From IMG/VR virus record IMGVR_UViG_2599185304_000001: a stretch of 34,036 nt of DNA; one strand, 5' to 3'. The position numbers and the translations under genes are program-made. The stretch is from a virus. Below the pieces are notes generated by a model that saw nothing but the letters and a program-made list of their open reading frames with translations, was not told where the DNA came from and ran no database searches. Of the stretch, positions 33,990 through 34,036 are shown one piece after another. Each line of letters opens with the position of its first letter. Within the stretch, counting starts at the first letter, position 1.

Positions 33990-34036
33990 CTTGTAATCAG
34001 TAGGTCCCGGGTTCGATTCCTGGTGCCGGCACCATA
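33990..34036 (+). repeat. attR core: 47-nt duplicate of the tRNA-Thr 3' end (not an intact tRNA)
   Basis: Identical to 1..47. The preceding bases CCTTC cannot pair with the anticodon-stem strand TCAGT. Confidence 0.9.

Larger units (their letters stand above)
1..34036. mobile_element. Integrated temperate myovirus-type prophage (P2-type head/terminase/Ogr modules) inserted in tRNA-Thr
   Basis: Flanking 47-nt direct repeats, a tyrosine integrase next to attR, and complete head, tail, lysis, immunity and replication modules. Confidence 0.9.

Noticed and set aside
33990-34036. A second tRNA gene at the right end
   Set aside because: Only the 3' 47 nt are present. The upstream bases cannot form the anticodon stem or the rest of the cloverleaf, so this is the att duplication.

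Overview
The window is one complete temperate contractile-tailed prophage of about 34 kb, integrated into the 3' end of a tRNA-Thr(UGU) gene. It is bounded by a perfect 47-nt direct repeat (1..47 = 33990..34036). G+C is high by eye (roughly 60% or more, not computed), and the SOS box and tRNA suggest a Pseudomonas-like gammaproteobacterial host (inference).

Layout, left to right:
- attL, then a tRNA terminator and integrase arm-type repeats.
- An AT-rich region dense in one repeated motif.
- A cargo block: an orphan receiver-domain protein plus a small partner, an SRAP peptidase divergent from umuDC across a shared LexA box, and a low-GC two-gene cassette (HNH-like nuclease plus unknown partner).
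- A long minus-strand late operon. It runs spike, hub, baseplate, tail fibre, tape measure, chaperone with a -1 frameshift, an embedded lysis cassette, TraR, tube, sheath, tail completion, then P2-type head genes L/M/N/O.
- Divergent P2-type terminase and portal genes.
- An Ogr-like late activator.
- An immunity switch: XRE repressor, direct-repeat operators, Cro/Ner-like and CII-like genes.
- A Toprim primase/helicase replication gene, small unknown genes, a DUF4224-like putative excisionase, the tyrosine integrase, and attR.

Neighbouring genes in the late operon are mostly chained by ATGA or TTGA stop/start overlaps.

The best candidate for an undescribed system is the low-GC cassette at 4216..5829. 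Secondary candidates are the receiver-domain pair with its upstream motif array (201..1200) and an HTH-less paralogue of the repressor C-terminus (26633..26818).

All functional calls rest on motifs read by eye, gene order and remembered family signatures. No database search was run.
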